In this document: positions 1-9,980 of the stretch, one piece after another | Numbering within the stretch: the first letter of the stretch is position 1 | Layout of the letters: each line of letters opens with the position of its first letter | Assembly: GCA_041671225.1 (NCBI GenBank) | Contig: JBAZBY010000001.1 | Coordinates: 827,740 to 891,739, forward strand | Source: Patescibacteria group bacterium | GTDB lineage: Bacteria; Patescibacteriota; Patescibacteriia; JBAZBY01 | DNA: 64,000 nt | Direction of reading: 5' to 3' | The notes under the pieces: generated by a model | The model's database searches: none | Told to the model about the DNA's origin: nothing | The model's input: only the letters and a program-made list of their open reading frames with translations | Translations under genes and position numbers: made by a program

Positions 1-458
1 TTGCGTTACTCGTTAATTCATTTCAGAATAATAATGACGACTCGCTGAATCTGAATATTACATCACCGGTTGAGGTCATTGCCGCTCAAACAAAGTTGCA
101 GCATGGGAGTCAAGAAGGGGATGAACAAGTCTACGCGCAGTATGTGGATCAGCTTGTGATCGGTCGCCTTGGTCTTGAACAACCAGGCAATGATGACGCT
201 GGGAATGTGCTTTACCGGCCTGAAGATCAAATTACCTTTACGCTCGTGACGCCCGATAGTATTACTGCCCCGTTCCGCGTGCATCATGAGATATATAATG
301 GAAACGAAGAAAGAATCTCCAAAAGTGAGCTTTTTGATATGAACCCCGGCGCAAATACTTCCTGCTGCATTCAAGCGCCTGATGATGCCGGTGAATATGC
401 CCTTCGTTTCTATATAGATGATGAACTTTTTGCAGCTCGCTACTTTGCGGTGAGGTAG
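1..458 (+). CDS. Hypothetical protein, C-terminal fragment; gene continues upstream of the window
   Basis: The frame of ORF 96..458 stays open back to nt 3 with no stop (ALLVNSFQNNNDDSLNLNITSPVEVIAAQTKLQHGSQ...). No recognisable domain. Confidence 0.4.
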   Translation, partial: ALLVNSFQNNNDDSLNLNITSPVEVIAAQTKLQHGSQEGDEQVYAQYVDQLVIGRLGLEQPGNDDAGNVLYRPEDQITFTLVTPDSITAPFRVHHEIYNGNEERISKSELFDMNPGANTSCCIQAPDDAGEYALRFYIDDELFAARYFAVR

Positions 459-459
459 C

Positions 460-759
460 ATGCCCGTTACGGAAAAAAGCGTCAGGGAGCGGTTAAGAAA
501 TATTCGCGATCCAGAAATCGGGCTTGATATTGTTACGCTTGGTCTTTTTTATGGCATGACTATTATGAAGACAAAAATAGTCATTCAGATGATGCTTACG
601 ACTCCAGGATGTCCGCTGACGGGCTATTTCACCCGAGAGATACAACGCGCGCTTCTGGTTGAGGAAGGTATTGATGATGTCGTTGTAGATTACATTCTGG
701 ATCCACCGTGGACGCCAGAAAGAATTGATAAAACAGCTCGGCTCATTGTTGGCATGTAA
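460..759 (+). CDS. DUF59/MIP18-family Fe-S cluster assembly protein (SufT-like)
   Basis: 99 aa. Motif IRDPEIGLDIVTLGL....TTPGCP is the hallmark of the DUF59 (MIP18/SufT/PaaD-like) family. Confidence 0.75.
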   Translation: MPVTEKSVRERLRNIRDPEIGLDIVTLGLFYGMTIMKTKIVIQMMLTTPGCPLTGYFTREIQRALLVEEGIDDVVVDYILDPPWTPERIDKTARLIVGM

Positions 760-760
760 T

Positions 761-2311
761 ATGGCACTCTCAGAATATAAACGATACCGACTCCTTGAAA
801 TGCTTCCCGGCATGATTGTTTGGAGCGTCTTTCTTGCTGCCGGCATGTTGATTTTTTTTCAACCGCTATGGGTTTTACTTTTTGTTATTGTCTACGATGT
901 TTTTTGGCTTGTACGCGCATTTTATATCGTGGTATTCGTGCTCATCGCGTTCTCACGATTTCGTAAAGCTGAACAAGTAGACTGGCGGGGAAAGCTTGCT
1001 GAAACACCAGCCATCGCCGCAAAGGTGCAAGCAACAAAACATCTCGTGGTTATCCCGACATATGAGGATCCTCTGGAACTCCTGCAGACAACCTTTCGGG
1101 CGTTAACAAAAGTTGACTACCCGATCAAAGGAAACATGGTCGTTGTGCTGGCGGGTGAAGAACGAGAAGGGGAAGCATTCACAAAAAAAGCAGAGGCACT
1201 CCAAAAGGAGTTTGACAGTTTGTTTTTGCATTTTCTTGTCACCGTGCATCCAAAGGATATTTCAGGTGAAATAGCCGGAAAGGGGTCTAATACGCACTGG
1301 GCAGGACGCAAGGCACAAGAATGGATAGATGTGCATGGATTTTCATACGACAATATTATCGTATCAAGCTTTGATTCTGATACTGTGACTCATCAGCAGT
1401 ATTTTTCTTATCTGACCTATATATACTGCACTATCGATAATCCTACGCGACGCAGCTACCAACCAATTCCATTATTCACGAATAATGTCTGGGATGCGCA
1501 TGCATTGATGCGCATTGTTTCAGCCGGAACCACATTTTGGCTTCTTGGTGAAACGCTGCGGCCAGAACGCATGCTGACGTTCTCGTCACACAGTATGAGT
1601 TTTCGCGCGCTTGTTGATGTGGGATTTTGGCAGAATGATATCGTCACAGAGGATTCGCGTATTGCCTTGCAGGGGATTATCCGTTATGACGGAGACTACG
1701 CTGTCACGCCACTCTATATTCCAATCACCATGGATGCCGTGCATGCGCAATCTTTTCTGCAATCTGCAAAGAATCAATACAAACAGATCCGACGTTGGGC
1801 ATATGGAGTTGAAAATTTTCCATTCATGGTGTGGCACTTTGTAGGCAATAAACGCATTTCCTTTGTCAAAAAATTTCGCTACGTGTTCAATTTATTGGAA
1901 GGTGTCGTTTCATGGGCAACCGCGCCTATTCTCATTCTTGCGCTTGGCCGTCTTCCATTTTTCTTTGCAACTGAAGCTGAAAAAGAAACCGCCATCTATC
2001 AAAACACTCCATTCATTCTCGGAGTACTTGTGAACGTTGCGCTTATTACACTTCTTGTAACAGCGGTGTTCAATATATTGTTGCTCCCACCACGACCAGA
2101 ATCACGCTCCTCTGCGCGTTATGGAATCATGATTCTCCAATGGCTCCTCTTTCCCATTAGCATCATTCTTTTTGGATCGATCCCCGCAATCGACGCACAA
2201 ACACGCCTTATGTTCGGCAAATACCTTGGATTCTTCCCAACACCAAAAATACGCCGACGTCTACCGAATGAGCCGGCTCCCGGTGAACCCGGCATTACCA
2301 TTCAGAAATGA
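761..2311 (+). CDS. Processive family-2 glycosyltransferase, membrane-embedded (cellulose/chitin-synthase-like)
   Basis: N-terminal and C-terminal TM helices. D-rich motifs (FDSDTV) and the Q(Q/R)xRW signature (QIRRWAYG) are typical of processive GT2 synthases. ATG at 761 lies in frame right after the stop of the upstream gene; the ORF-track start at 725 is probably an alternative-codon artefact. Confidence 0.65.
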   Translation: MALSEYKRYRLLEMLPGMIVWSVFLAAGMLIFFQPLWVLLFVIVYDVFWLVRAFYIVVFVLIAFSRFRKAEQVDWRGKLAETPAIAAKVQATKHLVVIPTYEDPLELLQTTFRALTKVDYPIKGNMVVVLAGEEREGEAFTKKAEALQKEFDSLFLHFLVTVHPKDISGEIAGKGSNTHWAGRKAQEWIDVHGFSYDNIIVSSFDSDTVTHQQYFSYLTYIYCTIDNPTRRSYQPIPLFTNNVWDAHALMRIVSAGTTFWLLGETLRPERMLTFSSHSMSFRALVDVGFWQNDIVTEDSRIALQGIIRYDGDYAVTPLYIPITMDAVHAQSFLQSAKNQYKQIRRWAYGVENFPFMVWHFVGNKRISFVKKFRYVFNLLEGVVSWATAPILILALGRLPFFFATEAEKETAIYQNTPFILGVLVNVALITLLVTAVFNILLLPPRPESRSSARYGIMILQWLLFPISIILFGSIPAIDAQTRLMFGKYLGFFPTPKIRRRLPNEPAPGEPGITIQK

Positions 2312-3196
2312 TGCGCCGTCTGTTTTTTGTTTTCCGGGCAGTTGCACTTCATCCAGTACCAATAGACCATCTCCTGTCTGAAGTGCGGGAAGATTCCCAA
2401 TGCGGATAGCAACTCCGACGTCATTCTTTTTTTCTGACTCTGCAATATGCGCCGTGATGATGCGTAACGGCTTGCCATTCCATTCAACAAATGTCCCGGG
2501 CCAACCAGTATAGGCACGGACCATACGCTCAAGAACCGAGGCTGGTTGCGTAAGGTCGAGCCTGCCATCCGCTTTTTGTAATGGCCGGGTTATTGATATG
2601 CCTTCAGCAGACTGCGGCACAGGCACCAAGGTGCCTTGTTGGTATTTCTTCAAAACATCAGGGAAACGCACTGCCGCCCGTTGAATGAGACGTTCGCGTA
2701 AAAGTGATTGTGTATCTTCAGGTGTTATGGCTACCTTTTCTTGGAGCAAAAGCGGGCCAGTATCCATTCCCTCATCAAGGAGCATATAAGAAATACCCGT
2801 CTCCTCGTCGCCATTCAACAAGGCCGCGGAGATAGGCGCCGCACCGCGATAGCGCGGGAGCAGGGAAGGATGAATATTCACCGTTCCCTTTGGCGGTAGT
2901 GCGAGGAGTGATCGTGGTATGAGGCTTCCATAGGCAAAAATCGCAAACATATCAGCATGAAAGGTTTTGAGTTGTTCTTCGATTGTATCGTCCCTAAGTG
3001 AAGAAGGCGTAAGCACGGGGATATTGTGTTTCTCGCCCCAAGACTGCAACGCAGAAGACACAACACGAAGACCGCGCCCTTTTGGTTTTGGCGGGCGCGT
3101 GACAATCGCCGCAACCTCGATTTCAGCCTCTTTGCGAAGACCCTCTGCAATAGGCAGTGCGTCGTCAGGCGTGGCAAAAAATATCAAACGGATCAT
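2261..3196 (-). CDS. fmt: Methionyl-tRNA formyltransferase
   Basis: IEVAAIVTRPPKPKGRG...VNIHPSLLPRYRGAAPI are the classic Fmt motifs. Lies downstream of def. Confidence 0.9.
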   Translation of the reverse strand: MIRLIFFATPDDALPIAEGLRKEAEIEVAAIVTRPPKPKGRGLRVVSSALQSWGEKHNIPVLTPSSLRDDTIEEQLKTFHADMFAIFAYGSLIPRSLLALPPKGTVNIHPSLLPRYRGAAPISAALLNGDEETGISYMLLDEGMDTGPLLLQEKVAITPEDTQSLLRERLIQRAAVRFPDVLKKYQQGTLVPVPQSAEGISITRPLQKADGRLDLTQPASVLERMVRAYTGWPGTFVEWNGKPLRIITAHIAESEKKNDVGVAIRIGNLPALQTGDGLLVLDEVQLPGKQKTDGASFLNGNAGFTGSRLIR

Positions 3197-3672
3197 TCCT
3201 TTGGAACCGTACCCGTAGTGATTTTTTTTGTACGATCCGCATACACGATACCGTTCAAATGATCGGTTTCATGTTGAAAGACCCTTGCAAGAAGGCCCTC
3301 AGCGTGCATACGCTGCGGATTGCCCATGCGGTCTACATATTCAACAGTTATGGTTTTATGCCGCTTCACAAGGCCAAAAACACCGCGAATGGAGAGACAT
3401 CCTTCCTCACTTTCCACTTTACGAAAGGATCTTTTGATGATCTTTGGATTACAAACAACAAGATCTCCATCCATATGCGACACAATTGCAAGCATGAGTG
3501 ATTCACCGATCTGTTGTGCAGCAAGACCAATGCCATCTTCTTTATGCATCGTTGCGATCATCACATCCATAAGTTGTTGCATGGATGGTGAGAGAATTTC
3601 CTCTTTTGAGAGCTTGCGGCCAGTTGTACGGAGAACGGTTTCACCAAGCTGCGTAATGCGTTTTGTCTTCAT
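3193..3672 (-). CDS. def: Peptide deformylase
   Basis: Motifs GLAAQQIG, EGCLS, HETDHLNG. Overlaps fmt by 4 nt. Confidence 0.9.
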   Translation of the reverse strand: MKTKRITQLGETVLRTTGRKLSKEEILSPSMQQLMDVMIATMHKEDGIGLAAQQIGESLMLAIVSHMDGDLVVCNPKIIKRSFRKVESEEGCLSIRGVFGLVKRHKTITVEYVDRMGNPQRMHAEGLLARVFQHETDHLNGIVYADRTKKITTGTVPKE

Positions 3673-3699
3673 TTTTGCAGTATACTCAAAATATGTTTT

Positions 3700-5352
3700 T
3701 CACTCAAGGTCAAGCGGGTCTACATCAATGGTCCATGTTGATGGGAGCAATGAACCAATACTACTCCCGAATCGCTGACCAGAAGGGGACTCCTTCAAAA
3801 GTACGGCGTATGGCAGTTTACCTCTAGCATGAAAAACAGGACTCAGTTCTGCGCCATCCGGAAGCTTATGTTTCAATGTTTCAAGCTGCGCAAGCGTTTC
3901 TGCGTTTTCTTCAGAAAAACGAAGCCGGGTTAGCGCTGCAAAAGGGGGATAGAAAAATTCATTTCTGTTTTTAAGCTCCTCTCGAAAAAAGTGTCCCCAA
4001 TTTTTTTCACGCAATGAAGAAAAAAGAGGATCGCTCGGCTCTCGCGTCTGTATAAAATACGTGCCATCCGCTGCAGTGCTGTTACGCAACCGGATAAGGC
4101 TCGCAAAGGCCTTTGTCCGCGCACGAAAGTAAGTGCGAAGTCGATCACGGTCCGCATCGATAGCCACAACCGTCTTCATGTAAAAATCATACGGCGCAAC
4201 ACTCCAGAAGCGCTCCGTTGCAAGAATAATATCAGCATGTTCAATCTGTGTGCGGTTTGGTAAAGCGCTATTTCCAGAAACCACGACAATGCGCTTTTCT
4301 GGAAACAACTCGCGAATCTCAAAGAGCAAAGTCTCGATGCCGCGGCTTTCCTCCTTCTCGCCATGTTCGATCTTGTTTAAGTATAAAAGTGCAGGAAAGA
4401 CATCAGGATCGCGCAGATGCTCGCGTAGCGGCGCGCTTAATAGCGTTTCATTCCCTTGATGCCGTTCAGTTCGAATATTCAGAATAGTCGGCGCTCTGTA
4501 TTGAGGGACCTTGCCAGCCCGTTCTTGCTTGAGTGTTTTTTCAGCAAGTGCGTGCCATGTTTCTGCGAGCGGCACTTGAGCGTAAGAAAGCAATGCCGAG
4601 CCACTTCTCATGGCAAGTTCATGCGCAAGCGTCCGAGAATCATAATAAGGCTGCTGGTCGTATTGCTTGTGTGCAGGATGTTCCGCGTCCTCTATAAGAA
4701 TCAGATCAAGACGGGGGAAAGGGGCAAAGAGTCCAAGTTTTGTTGTCAGCAGAACGGTATTTTTTTGAAAGCGCACAGCTTCGTAATTTTCCCGCCGCAC
4801 ATTGGCTGACTGACCATGCTCTATGATTGTCGGGTCAAATCCGGCCTTCGTCAGAAAAGCATAAAAACGCAATAATGCAGCATGTGTGGGAAAGATGCAA
4901 AGCGCCATGCCCCTTGCTGCTTGAATACGCTTTATGGCATCAGCGTCTTTTTCCGCATATGAGGCATAAAGAATAAGCGTATGCAGGGGCATCTTTTGTG
5001 TGCCGGGTTTGACATCATCTTCACGGGAAAATTCCTGCGGAGCGCGTATCGGAAAGAGTGGCAGCGTTGTTTTGAGAAGGGTGGTAATTGCGGCGCCATA
5101 ATAATTCCTTACAAATTGAAAAATCTTCTGTTGCAAGGGGGTCATCGCGCCACCAACTAATACTTTGTCGATTGATAATCTCGCCTCGGGAAGTTTTGCC
5201 GCGGTTTTCCAAACAATGCCGCGTACTTTTTTCTTTCGGAATGGAACAATGACCATATCACCAGACAGCACATTCATGCCTCTGGGAATATGATAATCAA
5301 ACCCCTCCTGACTTCGCGGCATGCGCAGTAAGGGAAGGACGCGCGCATCCAT
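3700..5352 (-). CDS. priA: Primosomal protein N' (replication restart helicase PriA), compact form
   Basis: N-terminal 3'-DNA-binding region (MVIVPFRKKKVRGIVW). DEAH-type helicase core (LILIEDAEHPAHKQ). Conserved priA-def-fmt gene order. Confidence 0.8.
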   Translation of the reverse strand: MDARVLPLLRMPRSQEGFDYHIPRGMNVLSGDMVIVPFRKKKVRGIVWKTAAKLPEARLSIDKVLVGGAMTPLQQKIFQFVRNYYGAAITTLLKTTLPLFPIRAPQEFSREDDVKPGTQKMPLHTLILYASYAEKDADAIKRIQAARGMALCIFPTHAALLRFYAFLTKAGFDPTIIEHGQSANVRRENYEAVRFQKNTVLLTTKLGLFAPFPRLDLILIEDAEHPAHKQYDQQPYYDSRTLAHELAMRSGSALLSYAQVPLAETWHALAEKTLKQERAGKVPQYRAPTILNIRTERHQGNETLLSAPLREHLRDPDVFPALLYLNKIEHGEKEESRGIETLLFEIRELFPEKRIVVVSGNSALPNRTQIEHADIILATERFWSVAPYDFYMKTVVAIDADRDRLRTYFRARTKAFASLIRLRNSTAADGTYFIQTREPSDPLFSSLREKNWGHFFREELKNRNEFFYPPFAALTRLRFSEENAETLAQLETLKHKLPDGAELSPVFHARGKLPYAVLLKESPSGQRFGSSIGSLLPSTWTIDVDPLDLE

Positions 5353-5355
5353 ACG

Positions 5356-6147
5356 CTATGCCGGGGTTATTTCTGACACAAGAAAACCAACACCTATCGG
5401 CGCTTCATATGAATGCACAGTCGCATGATAATTCATATGATCAAGCAATCCAAAAAGCATGAGAATCGAGTGAAAGCCGCATTCGTTTGCGTCCTGCGGA
5501 ATGGTTGGCGGCATTTCGAGTAGACTTCGACCGGCGTTATTCTTCAGTGCTTTAAGAACCGCAGCATCATATGGTTCCTGTTTCTCAGCAATCTCATAGG
5601 CTTTTCGTTTACCTCGGTTTGTCAGGTCAGCACTTGCAAGAACGGCAATGCGTGACGTGGATCCGTGAATTTCTTCGCGCAGTAGCTCACCAAAACGAAA
5701 ATGCGTTTCTGTGTCCAATGTGCTATCGCTGATAGGTATGATCTTTAGTTTAGGAAGATGATCTTCAAGAAAAAGAAGGGGCACAGTGCTGCCGTAATCA
5801 AGTTTATCATTATGTTGCAAAGCCGTAGGGATTTTATGCTCATCTGCGCGGCGCTGTATGCGATGCGCAAACGCGACATCTCCGGGAAAATGCACCTTGA
5901 GTGAAAAATCCCCGAATTGATCCATGCCTCCTTCAAAGGTCTGCGCAAGTACAACAGTGAACACGCCCGCTGTTGAGGCGACATGCGGCGTAAAGATGAT
6001 GAGTGTCTCTGGTTGCGCTGCATAAAGATGATGTGCAAACACCTCCATCTTGGCGCGAGTTTTTTTTACCGCATCAATGTATTCCGCCCCTATTGAAGGC
6101 AAGATAAGCGGCGTATGGGGGGTTATGCCTGCAAAAACAAGTGGCAT
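5356..6147 (-). CDS. LigB/DODA-superfamily protein (class III extradiol dioxygenase / MEMO1-like fold)
   Basis: 263 aa. N-terminal PLVFAGITPHTP resembles the His-containing N-terminal motif of the DODA/LigB family. Weak assignment. Confidence 0.45.
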   Translation of the reverse strand: MPLVFAGITPHTPLILPSIGAEYIDAVKKTRAKMEVFAHHLYAAQPETLIIFTPHVASTAGVFTVVLAQTFEGGMDQFGDFSLKVHFPGDVAFAHRIQRRADEHKIPTALQHNDKLDYGSTVPLLFLEDHLPKLKIIPISDSTLDTETHFRFGELLREEIHGSTSRIAVLASADLTNRGKRKAYEIAEKQEPYDAAVLKALKNNAGRSLLEMPPTIPQDANECGFHSILMLFGLLDHMNYHATVHSYEAPIGVGFLVSEITPA

Positions 6148-6155
6148 GGACTCTC

Positions 6156-7537
6156 CTAGTTACCACTGAAATCGATGGGCGCACCCTCTTTATGGGCGAA
6201 GAGTGCGTTATCCGTTGTATGAATGAGATTTTCCCAGCGCAGACCAAGTGTTTCAAACACAGAAGGGGAAGGAATACCGCGGCGCAGTCCATTGGAGATA
6301 TACCACACTCCATTCGCGTTTGGCGACGTCACAATTTCACCATCACGGAAGTGCACGGGTTCGCCTCGTGTGAATGCATCGATAACATCTTGTTCAACTT
6401 GATTCCAACGCTGCCCGCCAAATTGATTCTTTAAAATTTGCGGGGAATGGATAGCGTGTGCCACTCCATCTTGAACGTGATAAATAGCACCAGTCTGCCT
6501 GGACTGCATAAGCGTTCCACGCGGGTACACACTCTCAAGCGTGATCTTTGTACCATTTTTATATGCGTCAAGTTCTTCCCATGTTGCGCGCTGCAATTCC
6601 TCCGGGTTGAAACCAATATTGCGGAATACCTCGCCAGAAACAATGGCACGCTTGGTGTCATCAACGATCAAATAGACTCCATTGTTTGGCGCCTGCACCA
6701 GGCTGAAATTTGGGAACTTGATTGCTGAACCAAGATCATATTTCTGCAACTCATCTACTGGGACATCAACAACGCGGTTGATGCTGTAGTTAGAAAAGAA
6801 GGCAGACGCGGAGTGGAAAGGATGACGCATCCCATCCTTGATAAGCCAGATGCCGCCTTCACCGCGCGCACGAAGCAAGGCGCCATCAGGGAAGGTGATA
6901 GTGAACCAGCTGTTCCAGATACGCCAGAAGAGCTCATTGCCGTGGAGGTGGGGAGTATAGGTATAGAGCACGGCGGTTGCATTGTTCGCCGGCGTAACAG
7001 TAACACCGTCAACTTCTTTACTTACGCCAGGCTTCCAACCGCTGATGGTAAAACCGCCAGCTTCAAGCGGGTCAAGATACCGCGTGCGGATAGTCCTTGC
7101 CGCATTCCAAATTTGCGCATAGACCCCCGCGTATGCGGGATCACAAGGGCTTGAATCAGGACATCCATACCCCATTGCATAGTTTAAGGCCCGGACACTC
7201 GGCGACGAATCACTAATCAAGGATTGTTCCTTTTGCAGTGTTACCACAAAAAATTGTGGAGAAAGTCGCCATTCCTGCGCAACGGCATAAATAATCTCCG
7301 CAGCGGTCTTTTTACTACCATTAATGACCTGCGTGTAGGTATTTAATACTCCATTTTGAGAATCAAGAAACTGCTGAATACGCTTGATGCTCATGAGCTG
7401 AGTAGGGGAAAGATCCTGATCCTCAATAATGCGGTTTCTATTGAACCCCAAAGCTATACCCTGAAATGGGAATAACATAAGCAGGGTCGCAGTACATACC
7501 AGACCCATAGCGGTTCGTTTGAATCCTTTGTGAAGCA
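6156..7537 (-). CDS. Secreted protein with four ~50-aa internal repeats (possible cell-wall-binding repeats)
   Basis: Signal-peptide-like N-terminus (MGLVCTATLLMLFPFQGIALG). Four repeats of the pattern G-x-[IVW]-[YW]-[LHVI]-[IVH]-x-[DNQ]-G-x-[RA]-[HR]-x-I-x-S-x-x-[VI]-[FL]... in the C-terminal half. No catalytic motif recognised. Start chosen at internal Met 7537; the ORF track extends to 7559. Confidence 0.5.
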
Positions 7538-7612
7538 TTAGAATTATCTTAAGTTGCACACCATAGTATACCTGATTTTGTGCTATACTTCAAGGGTATG
7601 GGTCGCAAAGGA
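7538..7612. promoter_or_regulatory. Divergent promoter region between the secreted-protein gene (minus) and the GT26 gene (plus)
   Basis: Plus strand: extended -10 TGcTATACT at 7581-7589, about 24 nt before the ATG at 7613. Minus strand: TTGAAG-17nt-TATACT (plus coordinates about 7566-7600). Confidence 0.35.
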
Positions 7613-8362
7613 ATGAGCATAAATGGAGTATACATTGACGCGATAACGCGTCCTGATGTGCGCAATACACTGAGGGACTTCCTCCAGGGTACGCGTGCGC
7701 GTCATGTCGTAACAATTAACCCGGAATTTCTTGCCGCAGCAGCTGAGGATGATCAGTTCCGCGCGGATCTCAACAGCGCTGACCTCTCTCTTGCTGATGG
7801 TTTTGGTGTTGTTCTTGCAAGTTTTTTTCTAGGGAAGCGGCTTCCTGCTCGCACAACTGGTCATGATGTTATGCACATGCTTGCTGCACTTTCAGAAGAA
7901 CAAAACGCGAGTATTTTTCTCTATGGTGGATTTGGGAGCCGCGTACACCGCGCCGCTGCCGCGCTCAAAAAGGCATATCCAAAAATAACACTTGTGGGAG
8001 CTGATACGGAACATCGTTTTTGGGGATGGAAGCTACCCGAATGGGCAATACGTCATCGCATTCAACTGGCTGCGCCAGCGATTCTTATTGTGGGGCTTGG
8101 GGCAGGGAAGCAAGAACGTTGGATTCGTCGCAATCTTCCAGACCTGCCTTCGGTAAAAATTGCCGTTGGCGTTGGCGGGGTTTTTGATGTCTGGAGTGGA
8201 GCAGTAGCACGCGCACCACGTGCATTTCAGGTTTTGGGGCTCGAGTGGGCTTGGCGTGTTTTTAAGGAACCGCATCGTGTGCAGCGCATCATAACCGCAA
8301 CTTTACGCTTCCCACTCTCCGTGATACGATTACATTATCGAAAAACACCAGATTTCTTATGA
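7613..8362 (+). CDS. WecB/TagA/CpsF-family (GT26) glycosyltransferase
   Basis: Motifs TINPEF, ADGFGVV, LGAGKQERW, GVGGVFD, GLEWAWR are diagnostic of the WecG/TagA family. Start set at MSINGVYID (7613). Confidence 0.8.
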   Translation: MSINGVYIDAITRPDVRNTLRDFLQGTRARHVVTINPEFLAAAAEDDQFRADLNSADLSLADGFGVVLASFFLGKRLPARTTGHDVMHMLAALSEEQNASIFLYGGFGSRVHRAAAALKKAYPKITLVGADTEHRFWGWKLPEWAIRHRIQLAAPAILIVGLGAGKQERWIRRNLPDLPSVKIAVGVGGVFDVWSGAVARAPRAFQVLGLEWAWRVFKEPHRVQRIITATLRFPLSVIRLHYRKTPDFL

Positions 8363-8847
8363 AAGCTCTCATTATTACGCTCGTTGTTACGGTTGTCCTC
8401 ATCATGATTGGTGGGGCGGTGTATCTTCTGAGTGACGCATTGAATCCGGAGGAGCTTGCCATCAATACGACCATAATAGAAAACACAAATACCGCAGCAC
8501 CAGCAAACATCAATGCCGGTCCAGGCACAACTCCTACTACGTTGACTATGCCTGCGGACTACCCGGCAGATGTTTACCGCCCCTCATCAGTTGAAGTGCT
8601 GAGTGTCAATGTCGGCGCAGATTCTACGACCGTTGGTATGCTGGATATGCGCACTGGTAAAGTTGTTCTTGCAGAACTTCGCGCTGCTATGACGAGCAAT
8701 GCGTGGACTGAAGATTTTGCAGTGAGTGAGGATACCCGTACCTATACCGGAACCTGGACAAAGGGGGGGACGCGAATAACCTTCTTTATGCAGTTAGTGA
8801 ACGAGACGGATGACACGGCAAATACGTCCATTGAATTGACCTATTGA
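8359..8847 (+). CDS. Hypothetical membrane-anchored/secreted protein
   Basis: N-terminal TM or signal anchor (LIITLVVTVVLIMIGGAVYLL), then a T/N/A-rich linker. No recognised domain. Confidence 0.4.
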   Translation: MKALIITLVVTVVLIMIGGAVYLLSDALNPEELAINTTIIENTNTAAPANINAGPGTTPTTLTMPADYPADVYRPSSVEVLSVNVGADSTTVGMLDMRTGKVVLAELRAAMTSNAWTEDFAVSEDTRTYTGTWTKGGTRITFFMQLVNETDDTANTSIELTY

Positions 8848-9980
8848 TGTGGCGGGAAATTCAGGGCATTGCAATGCTCTCAGGCACCATCCTCGGTGTC
8901 GGCATTTTTAGTCTTCCATACCTCCTCCATGCCGTGGGGCTTATTCCTATGTTCGGCCTTTTTGCCGTGCTTGCAGGCCTTATTCTTTTTTTGCAACGCG
9001 CCGTAGGGCATATGGTAGCAAATACCGAAGGGACGCATCTCATTCCGGGATATATTGGCAAGTTTCTCGGTTCAGGTGGAAAGTTTCTTTCGTTCTTCAC
9101 GTCGCTCTTTGGACTTCTTTTTGCAATGGTCGCGTATCTGATCGTGGGCGGCGTGTTTCTTGCGGATCTTTTTCAAAACTCAATCGAGATTTCACCAATA
9201 TGGTGGGCCGGCGTCATGTTCATCCTTGGTGGGTATTTTATCCTTCGTGGAGCGCGCACTGTTGCGCGCGTCGAACTCCTCTTCCTTGGACTTTTTCTTA
9301 TCCTTTTTCTTTTACTCGGTGCATTCGGTTTCTCCGCATTTGACGCTTCGCGTTTGCCAGCGACATTCGTTGATAATCCCTTCCTTGCCTTTGGCGGAAT
9401 TTTATTTGCAATGTGGGGTATGGCGGTGATTCCTGAACTCAAGCGTATTCTGGGGTCTGATGAAAAGCGCATCAAACGTGTCATCACCATCAGTTTTTTG
9501 CTCACGCTTTTCATGAGCATTTCATTTATGGTGCTTATCGCCGGCATCACGGGAACAGAAACAACAGATGACTCGCTCACCGGCTTGCAGGGGATTCTCG
9601 ATTCTAAGGTCATCTCTCTCGTGTTCATCTTTGGTTTTATTGCCGTATTCACATCATATATGAGTCTTGGCGTGACCCTGCGCGATGCAATGCATTATGA
9701 TTTTCATATTCCATGGTCAGCAAGCTTCCTTATTGCTGCGGTGCTGCCTTTCTTCCTCTACTTCCTCGGTATTACGTCACTCATTGGGGTTATTTCACTT
9801 TCCGGAATCATCTTCTTGGCAGCAGAGGGTGTTCTCTTAAGTCTTACATTGATTCGTTATTATGGTGAGCACCGCGGGAGGTTCATGCACTTCCAGCAGT
9901 TCCTTTTGGTTGTCATCATGGTGGCATTATTGATAGGCGCTTCACTCGCATTACGAGATTATATGAGTATGGACGTATGA
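8844..9980 (+). CDS. Polytopic membrane transporter (amino-acid-permease-like)
   Basis: About 11 predicted TM helices. N-terminal GTILGVGIFSLPY resembles the G-x-G-I-L-x-LP motif of the aromatic/AAAP amino-acid permease families. Family assignment tentative. Confidence 0.45.
   Translation: MMWREIQGIAMLSGTILGVGIFSLPYLLHAVGLIPMFGLFAVLAGLILFLQRAVGHMVANTEGTHLIPGYIGKFLGSGGKFLSFFTSLFGLLFAMVAYLIVGGVFLADLFQNSIEISPIWWAGVMFILGGYFILRGARTVARVELLFLGLFLILFLLLGAFGFSAFDASRLPATFVDNPFLAFGGILFAMWGMAVIPELKRILGSDEKRIKRVITISFLLTLFMSISFMVLIAGITGTETTDDSLTGLQGILDSKVISLVFIFGFIAVFTSYMSLGVTLRDAMHYDFHIPWSASFLIAAVLPFFLYFLGITSLIGVISLSGIIFLAAEGVLLSLTLIRYYGEHRGRFMHFQQFLLVVIMVALLIGASLALRDYMSMDV

Noticed and set aside
2302-2568. 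88-aa minus-strand ORF at the GT2/fmt convergent junction, plus many 60-130 aa antisense ORFs throughout (e.g. 8861..9100, 15976..16356, 22277..22528)
   Set aside because: They lie antisense to or overlap strongly supported genes and have no motifs. Most likely six-frame noise.
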